Below, piece after piece: positions 46,130-56,541 of a DNA stretch of 63,939 bases (the stretch's first letter is position 1; the number at the start of each line of letters is the position of its first letter). The notes under the pieces were generated by a model, which was given only the letters and a program-made list of their open reading frames with translations, was not told the DNA's origin and made no database searches. Source of the DNA: Pseudobdellovibrionaceae bacterium. Lineage in GTDB: Bacteria > Bdellovibrionota > Bdellovibrionia > Bdellovibrionales > Bdellovibrionaceae. Position numbers and translations under genes: made by a program. Location of the stretch: the NCBI GenBank assembly GCA_041288045.1, contig JBGGMM010000167.1:1-63939 (forward strand), read 5' to 3'.

Positions 46130-47587
46130 TTACTGACTGATATCCGGAGCTCGGCGGAAGTGCAGATTGGTTTCTTCTGCATCCTGGCTCTCGATCATAT
46201 CGCCTGGAGGACGAAGACCCTTTTTCTTGATCTTCTCGACCAGAGTGGTGCGATTCAAACGCAGCAAGAGGGCCGCTTGATTGCGATTCCAGCTGGTCTT
46301 TTCAAGAGCTCGCAAAATGAGATTGTTTTCAAATTGGTCGACGGCCGTATTGAAATCCAGACCTTCCTCGGGAAGATCAAAGCGCACAGGATCCATCGAA
46401 GGAACACTGGCCGTGCGGTACTTCGCTGGCAAGTCATTGATTTCAATCTGCCCCTGGCCCTTCAAAATCGCCAAGCGTTCCACAAGATTTTCCAGCTCGC
46501 GGATGTTGCCGGGCCAGCCGTAATTGATCAAGCACTCAAGAGTTTCATTGGAAAGTCCCGTGAGCTTGCGACCTTTGTTGCGATTGAACAGTTCCATGAA
46601 GTGAGAAAAGAGAAGCGGAATATCAGCTTTGCGCTCACGCAAAGGCGGAATGTTGAGTGGAATCACATTCAAACGATAAAAAAGATCTTCGCGGAAACGA
46701 CCATGGCCGACAAGCTCTTCAAGGTTCTTGTTGGTCGCAGCAATCACGCGTACATTCACCTGAACACTCTTGGCGGCTCCGACGGGTTCAAAACTCCGCT
46801 GCTGCAGCACTCGAAGCAATTTGACCTGCAAAGAAGGCTCAAGGTCGCCGATCTCATCCAAGAAAATCGTTCCGCCATCAGCCATCTCAAATCGACCGAT
46901 GCGATTGGCGATCGCGCCTGTGAAAGCGCCCTTCACATGACCAAAGAGTTCGCTTTCCAAAAGCTCAGCCGGGATCGCCCCGCAGTTAATGGCAACAAAG
47001 GCTTGATCCGCACGTGGAGAATTGTAATGAACAGCTCGAGCCACCAGCTCCTTACCAGTTCCACTTTCACCTGTGACGAGGACTGTGGAATCAGAATCAG
47101 CCACTCTCTCGACAAGTGAAAGAACGGTCTGAATGCCTTCGCTTTTTCCAATGATTTGTTCAAACTGATATTTTTTATGAAGTTCGTTTCGCAATTGCTG
47201 ATTTTCCTGCTGGAGCTTTTTCTGAGTGAGAGCTTTATCAACGAGACTGGTGAGTTCTTCCATGTTGAAGGGCTTGGTGATGAAATGAAAAGCCCCTTTC
47301 TGTGTGGCGCGAATGGCGGACTCGATGGTTCCGTGCCCAGTGAGAATGATCACTTGGCAATCGGGATGCACACCTTTTAAGTGAGTCATCAAATCGATCC
47401 CGTCCCCGTCAGGAAGGTTCAGATCGACAAGGGCCAAGTCTAAGGCCTGATCGGACTGGCAGAGGACTTTCGCTTCATCAATGCGGTTGGCAGTGATAAC
47501 ACTCAATCCCTTTCTATCGAGAATTCGAAACAGAGCTGTTCGAAGACTGGATTCATCATCCACAATAAGAACTCTTGATGAGCGCAT
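46130..47587 (-). CDS. Sigma-54-dependent response regulator (NtrC family)
   Basis: Receiver (VLIVDDE...DLNLPDGDG), AAA+ ([21 protein letters not shown]), Fis-type HTH at the C-terminus. Start set to ATG 47587 (GGAAGGAAGG SD upstream) instead of 47611. Confidence 0.9.
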   Translation of the reverse strand: MRSSRVLIVDDESSLRTALFRILDRKGLSVITANRIDEAKVLCQSDQALDLALVDLNLPDGDGIDLMTHLKGVHPDCQVIILTGHGTIESAIRATQKGAFHFITKPFNMEELTSLVDKALTQKKLQQENQQLRNELHKKYQFEQIIGKSEGIQTVLSLVERVADSDSTVLVTGESGTGKELVARAVHYNSPRADQAFVAINCGAIPAELLESELFGHVKGAFTGAIANRIGRFEMADGGTIFLDEIGDLEPSLQVKLLRVLQQRSFEPVGAAKSVQVNVRVIAATNKNLEELVGHGRFREDLFYRLNVIPLNIPPLRERKADIPLLFSHFMELFNRNKGRKLTGLSNETLECLINYGWPGNIRELENLVERLAILKGQGQIEINDLPAKYRTASVPSMDPVRFDLPEEGLDFNTAVDQFENNLILRALEKTSWNRNQAALLLRLNRTTLVEKIKKKGLRPPGDMIESQDAEETNLHFRRAPDISQ

Positions 47588-47671
47588 GAACCTTCCTTCC
47601 GTGGTCGGCATGCTCTTAGGTTAATGGAATCTTGACAGACCTGTCAAAATTCAGAGAGTGAAATCGCGGCT

Positions 47672-49516
47672 TCAGGCCTGAAAAACTGGACGAGGAAGAG
47701 TGAAGTGAGCAAGACGAAAAGGCTGTGCCCGTGAAGAAAATTCCAGGTGTCCGTTGTAGTCGTGAATGATTTGCCCAGCCACTGACAAACCCAGACTTGG
47801 CGTGGACTCTGAGCCTAGACCGTTGTCCAAAATGCTCACAAAATATTCATGATCTTTCACATCCAAACGCAGCTCAATCAAACCCTGAAAGCCTTTCTGC
47901 GTCTGCGATTTTTCAATCAGAGCTTCAATCGAAGCTTGCAGTAAATTTCTCACTGCTTGCGAGAGAAGATTCAAATGTCCTCGGAACAAAGCGGGCTCTG
48001 TCGGAGTGTGCAATTTCAGCTCGATCCCTCGCGATTTCGTCTGCAGCTCGACGATTTTCACTGCTCGCTGAAGCACATCGCGCAGATCCAAATCTTTTTC
48101 TTCGTCCACAGTGGGAGTCCGAGTAAATCCCAAGAGGTTTTGCACAATCTCTTTACAACGACGAACGCCTTCTTCCATGGAAGCAATGTCCTCGTAAAGT
48201 GGATCCGTTGATTTCAAATCCATTTTAATCAGCTGAACAAAAGAGAGAATTCCACCCAAAGGATTGTTGAGCTCATGAGCAATGCTGCTGCCAATGGTCC
48301 CGATTTCAGCCAGCCTGGCGCTTTCCAGAATTTTTCTCTCCATTCGAATCTGTTCAGTCACATCGTGATAGAGATTCACAAAAACCGTTGTCTCCAATGG
48401 ATCCACAGGAACCAGCTGACTGTAAACGTCATAGGTCACTTTGGATTTGGAAACCTCAAGACGAAAATTTTTTCCCAACTGGCAATGAGAGCAGGGACTT
48501 TCTCTCTGAAAAAGAACTTTGTAGCATTTCTGTCCCATGATCTGATCAGCCGTCAGTCCCGATCGTTTCAAGAAAGCCGAATTGGTTTGGACCAGCTCAT
48601 ATTTCTGGTTGATCAGGGCGACAGGATCCGAAACCGCATTGAAAGTCGCTTGCCACTGCTCTTTCAAAGTTTCAGATTCTTCCAATTTCGTTTGCCGGTC
48701 CAAGGCCAGTGAAACCGCTTCCGTCACCCGCAGCAAGAAATCCGTTTCTTCACGATGAAAATTGAGTTTTGGATTTCGAATGAAAAGAATCGATCCCACT
48801 TGCTCTTCCGAGCGAAAGAGCGAAGCTTGGTAAATCGAAAAGCTTGAGTGAGACCTTTTCTGCTGGGAAAGAATTTGATCGTGTGGTCTCAACAAAATGC
48901 GAATGCTTTCCAATTGCAATGTCGGCTGCAAAACAGAGAGGAGATTTCTTTCCATGTCTCCAGTCGAAGTGGAACTGTAAATCGCAATCATCGCCTCTCG
49001 CAAAGACTCCCAGCGGGCATTGGCGATATAGGTCTTTCTTCTCGTCTCCAGCAGAAATTTCTGTCTTTTCTGCACTCGATCTTCGAGCTCTTGATAGAGC
49101 TGCTTGAGCTTTTCATTTTGTTCTTGCACGAGGGATTCAAGCTCTTGCTCCTGCTTCGCCATCTGGGCTTCTTCCAGCCCGAAGACGAGATCTTTCTCTA
49201 GGTCCTGCAATGATTTGCGGTAGGTGATTCGAAAAACAGGAAACTTTTCAAAAATCTTTTGTAAATCTTGAACTGGCTCATTTTCCTCAGCGATCATCAC
49301 CATCTGCAGAGTCGGATTTTTCATTTGCAGTGCCAATGCCAGTCTTTCAAATTCAGCTGTTTTCATATCTTGAAAAGGAGCGCAAAGAACGTCATAAGAG
49401 CCCAGCGAAAGTTGAGAAATCTGATCCCGCCAATTGACAGCCGTGTCTGCGCCCATCTGCAGGGAAGGCAGTTGTGGGAGGCCCAAAATAAGAACACTGG
49501 AGCTTACAGACGGCAT
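47672..49516 (-). CDS. Soluble sensor histidine kinase (coiled coil, PAS-like, HisKA, HATPase)
   Basis: H-box SSIAHELNNPL. C-terminal ATPase blocks (NLLQASIEAL, DNGLG). PAS-like segment with CSHC. No hydrophobic TM segments seen. Confidence 0.85.
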   Translation of the reverse strand: MPSVSSSVLILGLPQLPSLQMGADTAVNWRDQISQLSLGSYDVLCAPFQDMKTAEFERLALALQMKNPTLQMVMIAEENEPVQDLQKIFEKFPVFRITYRKSLQDLEKDLVFGLEEAQMAKQEQELESLVQEQNEKLKQLYQELEDRVQKRQKFLLETRRKTYIANARWESLREAMIAIYSSTSTGDMERNLLSVLQPTLQLESIRILLRPHDQILSQQKRSHSSFSIYQASLFRSEEQVGSILFIRNPKLNFHREETDFLLRVTEAVSLALDRQTKLEESETLKEQWQATFNAVSDPVALINQKYELVQTNSAFLKRSGLTADQIMGQKCYKVLFQRESPCSHCQLGKNFRLEVSKSKVTYDVYSQLVPVDPLETTVFVNLYHDVTEQIRMERKILESARLAEIGTIGSSIAHELNNPLGGILSFVQLIKMDLKSTDPLYEDIASMEEGVRRCKEIVQNLLGFTRTPTVDEEKDLDLRDVLQRAVKIVELQTKSRGIELKLHTPTEPALFRGHLNLLSQAVRNLLQASIEALIEKSQTQKGFQGLIELRLDVKDHEYFVSILDNGLGSESTPSLGLSVAGQIIHDYNGHLEFSSRAQPFRLAHFTLPRPVFQA

Positions 49517-50016
49517 ACTGAGAGAAGCTCCTGGTGAGAGTTGATTTCAAAATCGGGAACATCCTCAGGGCACTCCACAGTTTCACTCTGGTGTTCGCCG
49601 TATTTGAAAAGGCAAGTTTGGGCTCCGACTTTTTTGGCTTCTCGAATATCCGTTGTTCGTCGATTGCCAATGCTGAGCATCTCTTGCGATTGAATGCCGA
49701 AATTTTGGATGATTTGAGAAAAGAAAACGCCTTTGGGTTGATTCTGAGTGGGATCCGCAAAGTACTGCTCTTGAAAGAAATGCCCAATTCCCAAAGAAGT
49801 GACTTTCTGGGTTTGGGCATCTAAGCGTCCTTGAGTGAGCAAAGTGAGAATGTATTTATTTTTCAAGTATTCAAGATTTTCAAAAGCACCTGGCAACAAT
49901 GGCAAAGGCTCACGGATTCTTTTTTCGAAAGCCGGAGTGCGCGCAATTGGAATCAAAAGCTCGGTTGTATCCAGAAGAGTGTCATCGAGATCAAAAACGA
50001 TCAGTTTGATTTTCAT
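49504..50016 (-). CDS. HAD-superfamily hydrolase
   Basis: Motif I FDLDDTLLDT. Motifs IV-like GNRRTTD and I-II spacing typical of HAD phosphatases. Confidence 0.78.
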   Translation of the reverse strand: MKIKLIVFDLDDTLLDTTELLIPIARTPAFEKRIREPLPLLPGAFENLEYLKNKYILTLLTQGRLDAQTQKVTSLGIGHFFQEQYFADPTQNQPKGVFFSQIIQNFGIQSQEMLSIGNRRTTDIREAKKVGAQTCLFKYGEHQSETVECPEDVPDFEINSHQELLSVCRL

Positions 50017-50681
50017 ACTTTTTGTATCACCTTCTGCAGTCCTTCGGAAAATCGTGGCCAGGTTTGAGTCAAATCACTTTTTTCCTGCTCTTCAATGCAG
50101 ATCACTGGAATCTGAAGATTCAGCCAACCGTATTGTCCAAGACTTCCCGGAGTGGGATAGCCAATGTCCTCGCGGACTTCGTATCCAGAATTTCCAGCAA
50201 CTTTCAAAGCCCAAGGCTTTCCAGTGGCTCCAGTGTAAACGACACAGGGCTCCCATGAGTGAAAATGGAAAATCGCTTGGGGTTTGGTGTCTTGAATGAG
50301 TTGGCAAACAGCCTTCACTTCTGGCTCGCTGCCTGGAGAAAGCCCTGGAAAATAGCGCGGAGCTTTCGATTCCGACCTCCAATCCTTGCTTGGAAAATTA
50401 CGATTGAGATCCACACCATTGCCATTGACTCGATTGTTCTGAGAGTATCCATCCACGTTCAAGCAGGGGATTAAAAACCAAGAATGAAATTCGGGTTTGT
50501 TGTTTTTCAGCAACCAGTCCAAAAATTTTTGTGCGATTTCTACACCCTCAGGTTCATCGCCATGAACTCCGCCAATAAAAAGCAAAGGGCGATCCTTTGA
50601 ATGGTGTGACGAAAAGAGCTCAATGGGTTTTCCGCCAGGCGAGACGGCCCAAGAAGATTGATGTAAAATTTTTGAACTCAT
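50013..50681 (-). CDS. mpaA: M14-family zinc carboxypeptidase, MpaA-like murein peptide amidase (no signal peptide)
   Basis: GGVHGDEPEG (HxxE zinc site), NVDGY, GVDLNRNFP, FHFHSW (second His). ATGA overlap with the HAD gene. Confidence 0.7.
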   Translation of the reverse strand: MSSKILHQSSWAVSPGGKPIELFSSHHSKDRPLLFIGGVHGDEPEGVEIAQKFLDWLLKNNKPEFHSWFLIPCLNVDGYSQNNRVNGNGVDLNRNFPSKDWRSESKAPRYFPGLSPGSEPEVKAVCQLIQDTKPQAIFHFHSWEPCVVYTGATGKPWALKVAGNSGYEVREDIGYPTPGSLGQYGWLNLQIPVICIEEQEKSDLTQTWPRFSEGLQKVIQKV

Positions 50682-50696
50682 GTTTTAATTGTTGCT

Positions 50697-52106
50697 ATGA
50701 AAAGCCAAACAAACAAAGAAAAAAATCGGCCCTGGACAGCAATCATCATGGCAGCTGGCAAGGGCACCAGGATGAAGTCCCCACTTCCCAAAGTCCTGCA
50801 TCCAGTTGCCGGTAAACCGATGCTGGCCTATGTGGTGGAAGCCTGTCGCCAAGCGGGAGTCGGGGATGTCCGAGTTGTCGTGGGACATGGTTTGAATCTT
50901 GTGAAGGCTGTTTCAGAACCCTGGGGAGTGCAAATTCATGTGCAGGCCCAGCAGTTGGGGACAGCGGATGCGGTGAAATCAGCTCAACCCGAATCGATTG
51001 AAGGCAATGTCATCATCCTCAACGGCGATCACCCCTTGATTGAAGCTGACGATATCCGCCACTTCATCGAAGAATTTGAATCCGATCAGTTGGATTTGGC
51101 AGTGGTCACAGCAGAATTGAAAAATGCCCGCGAGTTTGGACGAGTGGTTCGCCACAAAGGAAATTTGGCAGCCATCGTCGAAGCCAAAGATGCTTCGGCG
51201 GAAACTTTAAAAATTCGAGAAGTGAATACCGGGATTTATTTGGTCAAAGCCGATGTGCTCTCCGAATTTTTACCGAAAATCCAAAATAACAATTCAAAAA
51301 AAGAATTTTATCTCACCGATTTGATTTCGATTTGCTTGGCGGATCATCAGAAAGTCAGTGCCATCAAAGGAAATAAAAAAGTCTCTGTCGGCGTCAACAA
51401 TCAGCAGGAATTGGCCAGAGCCTCAAGACTTGTTTTCCGCCGAAAAGCCAGAAGTCTCATGGAAGATGGGGTTTTAATGATTGAGCCCATGGCAACCTTT
51501 ATCGAAGACAGTGTTGAAGTCGCAGCAGGAGCTGTGATTTTCCCTAATGTCTATTTGCGTGGAAAAACCAAAATTGGCCCTTTCACTTCGATTGAACCCG
51601 GTTGTCATTTGGTCGATGCAGACATCGGTGAAAGTGTGCAGCTCAAAGCTTACACTTACCTTGAAAATTGCAAAGTGCATTCAAAAGCTTCCGTCGGCCC
51701 CTTTGCCCGCCTTCGTCCAGAGACAGAAATTGGTGAAGAAGCGCAAGTCGGAAATTTCGTCGAAATGAAAAAAACAAAATTCGGAAAAAAATCAAAAGCT
51801 GGGCATTTGACTTATTTGGGTGATGCCGAAATCGGCGAGCGAGTGAACATTGGCTGTGGGACAATCACAGTCAATTACGCCGTTGACCGCAAGAAATACA
51901 AAACTAAAATCGGTGATGATGTTTTTGTTGGCAGTGATTGTCAGATTTTAGCTCCCTTGACCGTGGGCGATCATGCGATTTTAGCAGCGGGATCGACAAT
52001 CACCAAAGATGTTCCGGCAAGAGCCTTGGCAGTGGCTCGAGGCAAGCAATTCGTCAAAGAGAACTACGTCAAAGTTCATGAAAAAGCAGAAGAGGCAGAA
52101 TCCTAA
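50697..52106 (+). CDS. glmU: Bifunctional UDP-N-acetylglucosamine pyrophosphorylase / glucosamine-1-phosphate N-acetyltransferase
   Basis: IIMAAGKGTRMKS, QQLGTADAV, C-terminal hexapeptide left-handed beta-helix repeats. Confidence 0.93.
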   Translation: MKSQTNKEKNRPWTAIIMAAGKGTRMKSPLPKVLHPVAGKPMLAYVVEACRQAGVGDVRVVVGHGLNLVKAVSEPWGVQIHVQAQQLGTADAVKSAQPESIEGNVIILNGDHPLIEADDIRHFIEEFESDQLDLAVVTAELKNAREFGRVVRHKGNLAAIVEAKDASAETLKIREVNTGIYLVKADVLSEFLPKIQNNNSKKEFYLTDLISICLADHQKVSAIKGNKKVSVGVNNQQELARASRLVFRRKARSLMEDGVLMIEPMATFIEDSVEVAAGAVIFPNVYLRGKTKIGPFTSIEPGCHLVDADIGESVQLKAYTYLENCKVHSKASVGPFARLRPETEIGEEAQVGNFVEMKKTKFGKKSKAGHLTYLGDAEIGERVNIGCGTITVNYAVDRKKYKTKIGDDVFVGSDCQILAPLTVGDHAILAAGSTITKDVPARALAVARGKQFVKENYVKVHEKAEEAES

Positions 52107-52107
52107 T

Positions 52108-53994
52108 ATGTGTGGAATCGTTGGCTACTATGGACCGCAAAATCCGAAAGATGTGATCGTCGAGGGTTTGAAAAAACTGGAATACCGGGGCTATGACAGT
52201 GCCGGTGTAGCGATTTTGCACGATGGTCACTTCAAGAGAGTGCGAGCCGAAGGAAAATTGAAAAATCTCGAACTGAAATTGCAAGGTGAAACTTTCAATG
52301 GTCATTTGGGTATTGGTCACACTCGCTGGGCCACCCATGGAGTTCCATCAGAACGAAATGCCCACCCTCATCAGGTTAAGGGCATCAGCCTGGTTCATAA
52401 CGGCATTATTGAAAATTACATTGAAATCCGCGAAGAGCTTCTTAAGCGTGGAGCCCAAATCACTTCAGACACAGATTCTGAATTGGTGGCGCATTTGCTG
52501 GCTGAAGAAGTGCAAATTCAAAAAGATCTTTTAAAAGCCGTTCTTGTGGTGCTCAAAAAACTCCGAGGAGCTTTTTCCATTCTCGCCATTTGGGACCAGA
52601 AACCGGATGAGCTGGTGGCTTTTAAAGACGGTCCACCACTTGTGGTTGGTGTTGGTGAAAAGCAGGTTTTTGTCGTGAGCGATGTGCAGGCGGCTCTTCA
52701 GTACACCAAAAAATTCATGTATCTGGAAGATCGCGAAGTTGTTTCCGTGAAAAACGGCGATGTGCAGATTTTTTCCAGTGAGGGAAAGCCCCTTCAGAAA
52801 AAAATCGTTGAGCTCAATTGGAATTCAGAGCAAGTCGAAAAAAAAGGCTACTCGCATTTTATGCTCAAAGAAATCTATGAACAGCCCCAAGCCGTGGCTT
52901 CAGCGATGGCTCCGCATATAAAAAATGGCACTCATGCCGTTCAGTTGAAGGGCCTGGGATTTGGCGGACAAGCCCCACATGACCTTGAATCTTTAAATGC
53001 CGATCAAGATTGGAAAGCCACTTCAGAAGTTTTTAAATCTGTTCAGCAGGTTTTCATCGTCGCCTGCGGCACGAGCTATTACGCTGGCTCTGTTGGCAAA
53101 TACTTGATTGAAAATCTGGCGCAGGTTCCAGTTGAGATCGACATCGCCAGCGAATTTCGCTATCGCAATCCAGCTCTTCGAAAAAATACTTTGGTGATCA
53201 CAATTTCACAAAGTGGTGAGACTGCGGATACACTGGCAGCCATTCGCTTGGCCAAAGAGAAAGGCTGTCAAACCCTTTCAATTTGCAATGTGAAAAATTC
53301 TTCCATTGATCGTGAGGCCCATGGGCATCTGTATATGAATTCAGGCCCAGAAATCGGAGTGGCCAGCACCAAGGCCTTTGTCAGCACGCTCACGATTCTG
53401 AATCTTTTGGCTGTGGCTTTTGGCCGGAGCCGAGGCGCTCTCAGTGCTGACAAAGAAAATGAGCATGTCGAAGCTTTGATGAAACTTCCGGCGCAACTGG
53501 AAGTGGTTCTTTCTTATGACAAGTACTTCAATGAAGCCTCCAATAGCCTCAAAGAATTTAAAGGCTTTCTCTATATGGGTCGCGGAGTCAGCTATCCGAT
53601 CGCGCTGGAGGGAGCTTTGAAATTAAAAGAACTCGCCTACATGCATGCAGAAGGATACGCAGCTGGCGAAATGAAACATGGCCCATTGGCTTTGATCGAT
53701 GAAAAAATGGCAATTGTTATGATCGTACCCAGTGATGAGCTCTATGAAAAAACAGTGAGCAATCTGGAAGAAGCCAAAGCTCGGGGTGGCAAAATCATCT
53801 CCATCGGAACCGGAGAGAATGAGCGATTGAAACAAGTGTCAGAGCGCTATTTAGCACTACCGAAAGCTCACTGGGCGACAAATCCAATTCTGGCCGTGGT
53901 TCCTTTGCAGCTGATGGCATTTCATCTGGCCAGCAATCTGGGATATGACGTGGATCAGCCGCGCAATCTTGCTAAATCTGTCACTGTCGAATGA
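52108..53994 (+). CDS. glmS: Glutamine--fructose-6-phosphate aminotransferase
   Basis: MCGIVGY N-terminal nucleophile, two SIS domains, C-terminal NLAKSVTVE. Start trimmed to ATG 52108, 1 nt after the glmU stop. Confidence 0.95.
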   Translation: MCGIVGYYGPQNPKDVIVEGLKKLEYRGYDSAGVAILHDGHFKRVRAEGKLKNLELKLQGETFNGHLGIGHTRWATHGVPSERNAHPHQVKGISLVHNGIIENYIEIREELLKRGAQITSDTDSELVAHLLAEEVQIQKDLLKAVLVVLKKLRGAFSILAIWDQKPDELVAFKDGPPLVVGVGEKQVFVVSDVQAALQYTKKFMYLEDREVVSVKNGDVQIFSSEGKPLQKKIVELNWNSEQVEKKGYSHFMLKEIYEQPQAVASAMAPHIKNGTHAVQLKGLGFGGQAPHDLESLNADQDWKATSEVFKSVQQVFIVACGTSYYAGSVGKYLIENLAQVPVEIDIASEFRYRNPALRKNTLVITISQSGETADTLAAIRLAKEKGCQTLSICNVKNSSIDREAHGHLYMNSGPEIGVASTKAFVSTLTILNLLAVAFGRSRGALSADKENEHVEALMKLPAQLEVVLSYDKYFNEASNSLKEFKGFLYMGRGVSYPIALEGALKLKELAYMHAEGYAAGEMKHGPLALIDEKMAIVMIVPSDELYEKTVSNLEEAKARGGKIISIGTGENERLKQVSERYLALPKAHWATNPILAVVPLQLMAFHLASNLGYDVDQPRNLAKSVTVE

Positions 53995-53997
53995 TTT

Positions 53998-54327
53998 TTA
54001 TTTTCGTTGGCAAGTGATGGACAAGAGAATATCTCGGGTCCAATTCGTCAATTCCAAAATTTGATCGACTGAAGTGAGAAACCCAGCCGAATAAAACCGG
54101 GCTGGTCCATTGGGATCAAAGGTTTCAATTTCAAATTTCTGTGATCCTAAGTGATTGAGATAGAAACGGTAGCCTTCAAGCTCGCCGATTTTCACTTGAG
54201 ATTTTGGATCCACTGTCAATTCTTGAGTGAAAACCAAAGCCGTGTTCTTGTGAACCTGACAAGAAAGTGTCTCGGCTTTTGCAATCAATGAAAAAATGAA
54301 GAAAAAAGTAAAGAAGAAGGATTTCAT
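53998..54327 (-). CDS. Small hypothetical secreted protein
   Basis: Signal peptide FFIFSLIAKA. 109 aa, two Cys near the mature ends. The stop lies 3 nt from the glmS stop. Confidence 0.5.
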   Translation of the reverse strand: MKSFFFTFFFIFSLIAKAETLSCQVHKNTALVFTQELTVDPKSQVKIGELEGYRFYLNHLGSQKFEIETFDPNGPARFYSAGFLTSVDQILELTNWTRDILLSITCQRK

Positions 54328-54368
54328 GTCAGCAGGCTAGCGGTTTTGCAAATGCACAGCAAGCAAAG

Positions 54369-55742
54369 TTAAATTTGGATTGTGATCAAATCCAAATAGC
54401 CAAAGACTCTGTGGACATAATCCACGGGCTCACGGCCCCGGGCTGGCCCGTACTTGAGATAGGGCAAATAATCCTGATCGGCGAGAAGCGGAAGAACCTC
54501 TTGCAAATCCCTCCAGGCATAGGGATCTTTGCCAAGGCGTTGCGCCAGCTTTTGAGCATCCCACATATGCGCAGGTCCAATGTTGTAAGTGGCCAAAGCC
54601 AAAGCCAATCGCTCTTTGAAGGGGAGTCCCTTTGGCTGGCGATTCAAAAGCATGCGCAAATACTTAATCCCACCCCAAATGCTTTGATTGGTGTCCAGTC
54701 GGTCTTCAACTCCTAGATGCTGGGCCGTTTCTTGTGTGAGCTGCATAAAGCCTTTCACACCTGTAAAGCTCTGGGCGTCCGGTTTCCATTTGGATTCCTG
54801 GTAAGCCACGGCAGCGGCTAACTGCCAAGGCAGGCGAAAGGACTGCCCGTGACGTTTGAACAGTGAGGAATAGAGCGGAAGAACCCGCTCACGGTCTTTC
54901 GCGAAACGACGAATTTCAGAATCCGAAAGAACTGAATTTTTTCCGAGAAACCTGTTTTTTGTTTGGCTTAAGACTCGGTCTTGCGCAGCTTTGGTCAGCC
55001 AGATCCGGAACTGTTGAGAAAGGTCAGTCCGTGCTTCAGACATCACGAAAAAATAAGAATAGGCCGGAGAGAGGTCTTTCATGACTTTCAATTGCGGGAA
55101 TAATTTCAAAGCATGGCGGGCTTCAAGACGATCCAGCAAGGTGCATTCGTTCTTTTTCTCGACTAAGTTTTTTAGGAGACGAGCGGTTGACGAGTTCTTT
55201 TTTAAAGAAATTTTCAATGTGGGCGTTTGTTTTTGAAAGTGCCGGAACCAAGAGGCTTCAGTTCGATAGGAATTTAAAACCAATTTCCAATTGTTTTTCG
55301 AAGTGAGCTGCCCTTCCGAATCCAATTCGACAGTAAGATCTTTGTGGCAAACAAGTGAGCTTTTTTCTTCGTCATAGACTGGACTTCTGGGAAGAGAGGA
55401 TGCACCCACTAGAAAATCATTCAAACGGGCGGCACCCAAATCGCCTTTGCCTTTTTCTAATTCACGCAGCAGGGTCTTTTCATTTTTGACGATTCGAACG
55501 TTCAAGCGATAACCCATATCCACTGCAAATTGCTGAAGAAGATCGAATTCAAACCCTTTTTCCAGCTCATGAATGCGTTGGTAGGTGAGGGGTTGGGAAA
55601 CCACCAAAAGGCGCAATGGTTTGTATTCTGAGAGATGGCCATAGGCTGGCCGGCTGCTCAGCCAAGCATCACACCCGTTGACCGAAGCCATCAATCCAGT
55701 GGCTGATAGGAATCCCAAACTGACTCTCAAAATTTTCTTCAT
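54369..55742 (-). CDS. mltF: Membrane-bound lytic murein transglycosylase F-like (SBP_bac_3 domain + SLT domain)
   Basis: SLT catalytic block AYQESKWKPDAQSFTGVKGFMQLT...YNIGPAH. N-terminal solute-binding-like domain. Start trimmed to ATG 55742 (MKKILRVSLGFLSATGLMASVNGC). Confidence 0.8.
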   Translation of the reverse strand: MKKILRVSLGFLSATGLMASVNGCDAWLSSRPAYGHLSEYKPLRLLVVSQPLTYQRIHELEKGFEFDLLQQFAVDMGYRLNVRIVKNEKTLLRELEKGKGDLGAARLNDFLVGASSLPRSPVYDEEKSSLVCHKDLTVELDSEGQLTSKNNWKLVLNSYRTEASWFRHFQKQTPTLKISLKKNSSTARLLKNLVEKKNECTLLDRLEARHALKLFPQLKVMKDLSPAYSYFFVMSEARTDLSQQFRIWLTKAAQDRVLSQTKNRFLGKNSVLSDSEIRRFAKDRERVLPLYSSLFKRHGQSFRLPWQLAAAVAYQESKWKPDAQSFTGVKGFMQLTQETAQHLGVEDRLDTNQSIWGGIKYLRMLLNRQPKGLPFKERLALALATYNIGPAHMWDAQKLAQRLGKDPYAWRDLQEVLPLLADQDYLPYLKYGPARGREPVDYVHRVFGYLDLITIQI

Positions 55743-55896
55743 AGGGTGGGCCCTTCTAGACAGCTTGAGAGGAAAGTGCAACTTTTTTGGGCATCGAGAG
55801 GGATTTGACTGAAGAAGCGGCTCTCCGAGAGAGGTTTTTTGATTGATTGGCCCGTGGAATGTGTAATTCTTTCCAGCGTTCAGAGGGGAAGAAGCA

Positions 55897-56541
55897 ATGT
55901 CAGAAATAGGATTCAATGGATGGATTCAGCGCCGTGGTTGGGTGGAAGTGATTGTCGGAGGCATGTTTTCTGGAAAAACCGAAGAGTTGATCCGTCGGCT
56001 CCGTCGAGCTGAATTGGCCCGTCAAAAAATCCAAGTCTTCAAGCCCCAGATCGATACTCGGTACTCAGTGGATGAGGTCTGCTCGCACAATCAAACCACT
56101 CTGCCTTCGATCCCGATTCAATCAGCGGATGAGATTTGGTCCCATTTGGATCCGAAGACTCAAGTGGTAGGTATTGATGAGGGGCAATTTTTTGATCACA
56201 GTTTGGTGGATGTGGTGCAAGCTTTGGCAGAGAGAGGTCTTCGCGTGGTGATTGCCGGTCTGGATACAGATTGGCAGGCGCAACCATTTGAACCGATGCC
56301 GACTTTAATGGCGATTGCTGAAAATGTGACGAAACAACATGCCGTCTGTGTCGTTTGTGGGGGAGCCGCCAGTCGCACTCAGCGCACAGCTGCAGTTGAA
56401 GGCCAAGTGGTTGTCGGAGCTCACGATGTTTACGAAGCTCGCTGCCGAGAACATTTTAGACCTGAGGTTGTTCCGCCGACAGAAATTTCAGGCCGTGGCC
56501 CTGATCCTGAGCCCATCCCTGCTCCTGAAGCCATTGGCTAA
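55897..56541 (+). CDS. tdk: Thymidine kinase
   Basis: GGMFSGKTEELIRR P-loop, GIDEGQFF, zinc knuckle CVVCG...CREH. Pro-rich ~25-aa C-terminal extension. Confidence 0.9.
   Translation: MSEIGFNGWIQRRGWVEVIVGGMFSGKTEELIRRLRRAELARQKIQVFKPQIDTRYSVDEVCSHNQTTLPSIPIQSADEIWSHLDPKTQVVGIDEGQFFDHSLVDVVQALAERGLRVVIAGLDTDWQAQPFEPMPTLMAIAENVTKQHAVCVVCGGAASRTQRTAAVEGQVVVGAHDVYEARCREHFRPEVVPPTEISGRGPDPEPIPAPEAIG

Noticed and set aside
46046-47119. 357-aa + strand ORF opposite the NtrC-type regulator gene
   Set aside because: It is a shadow ORF. The - strand frame carries unmistakable receiver, AAA+ (GAFTGA) and HTH motifs. The + strand product has no motifs and an odd composition (R/F/L/I/S-rich). The same reasoning rejects 188-997(-), 7677-8528(-), 38176-38844(-), 38600-39232(-), 41306-41833(+), 33946-34455(-), 20660-21142(+) and 30260-30787(-).
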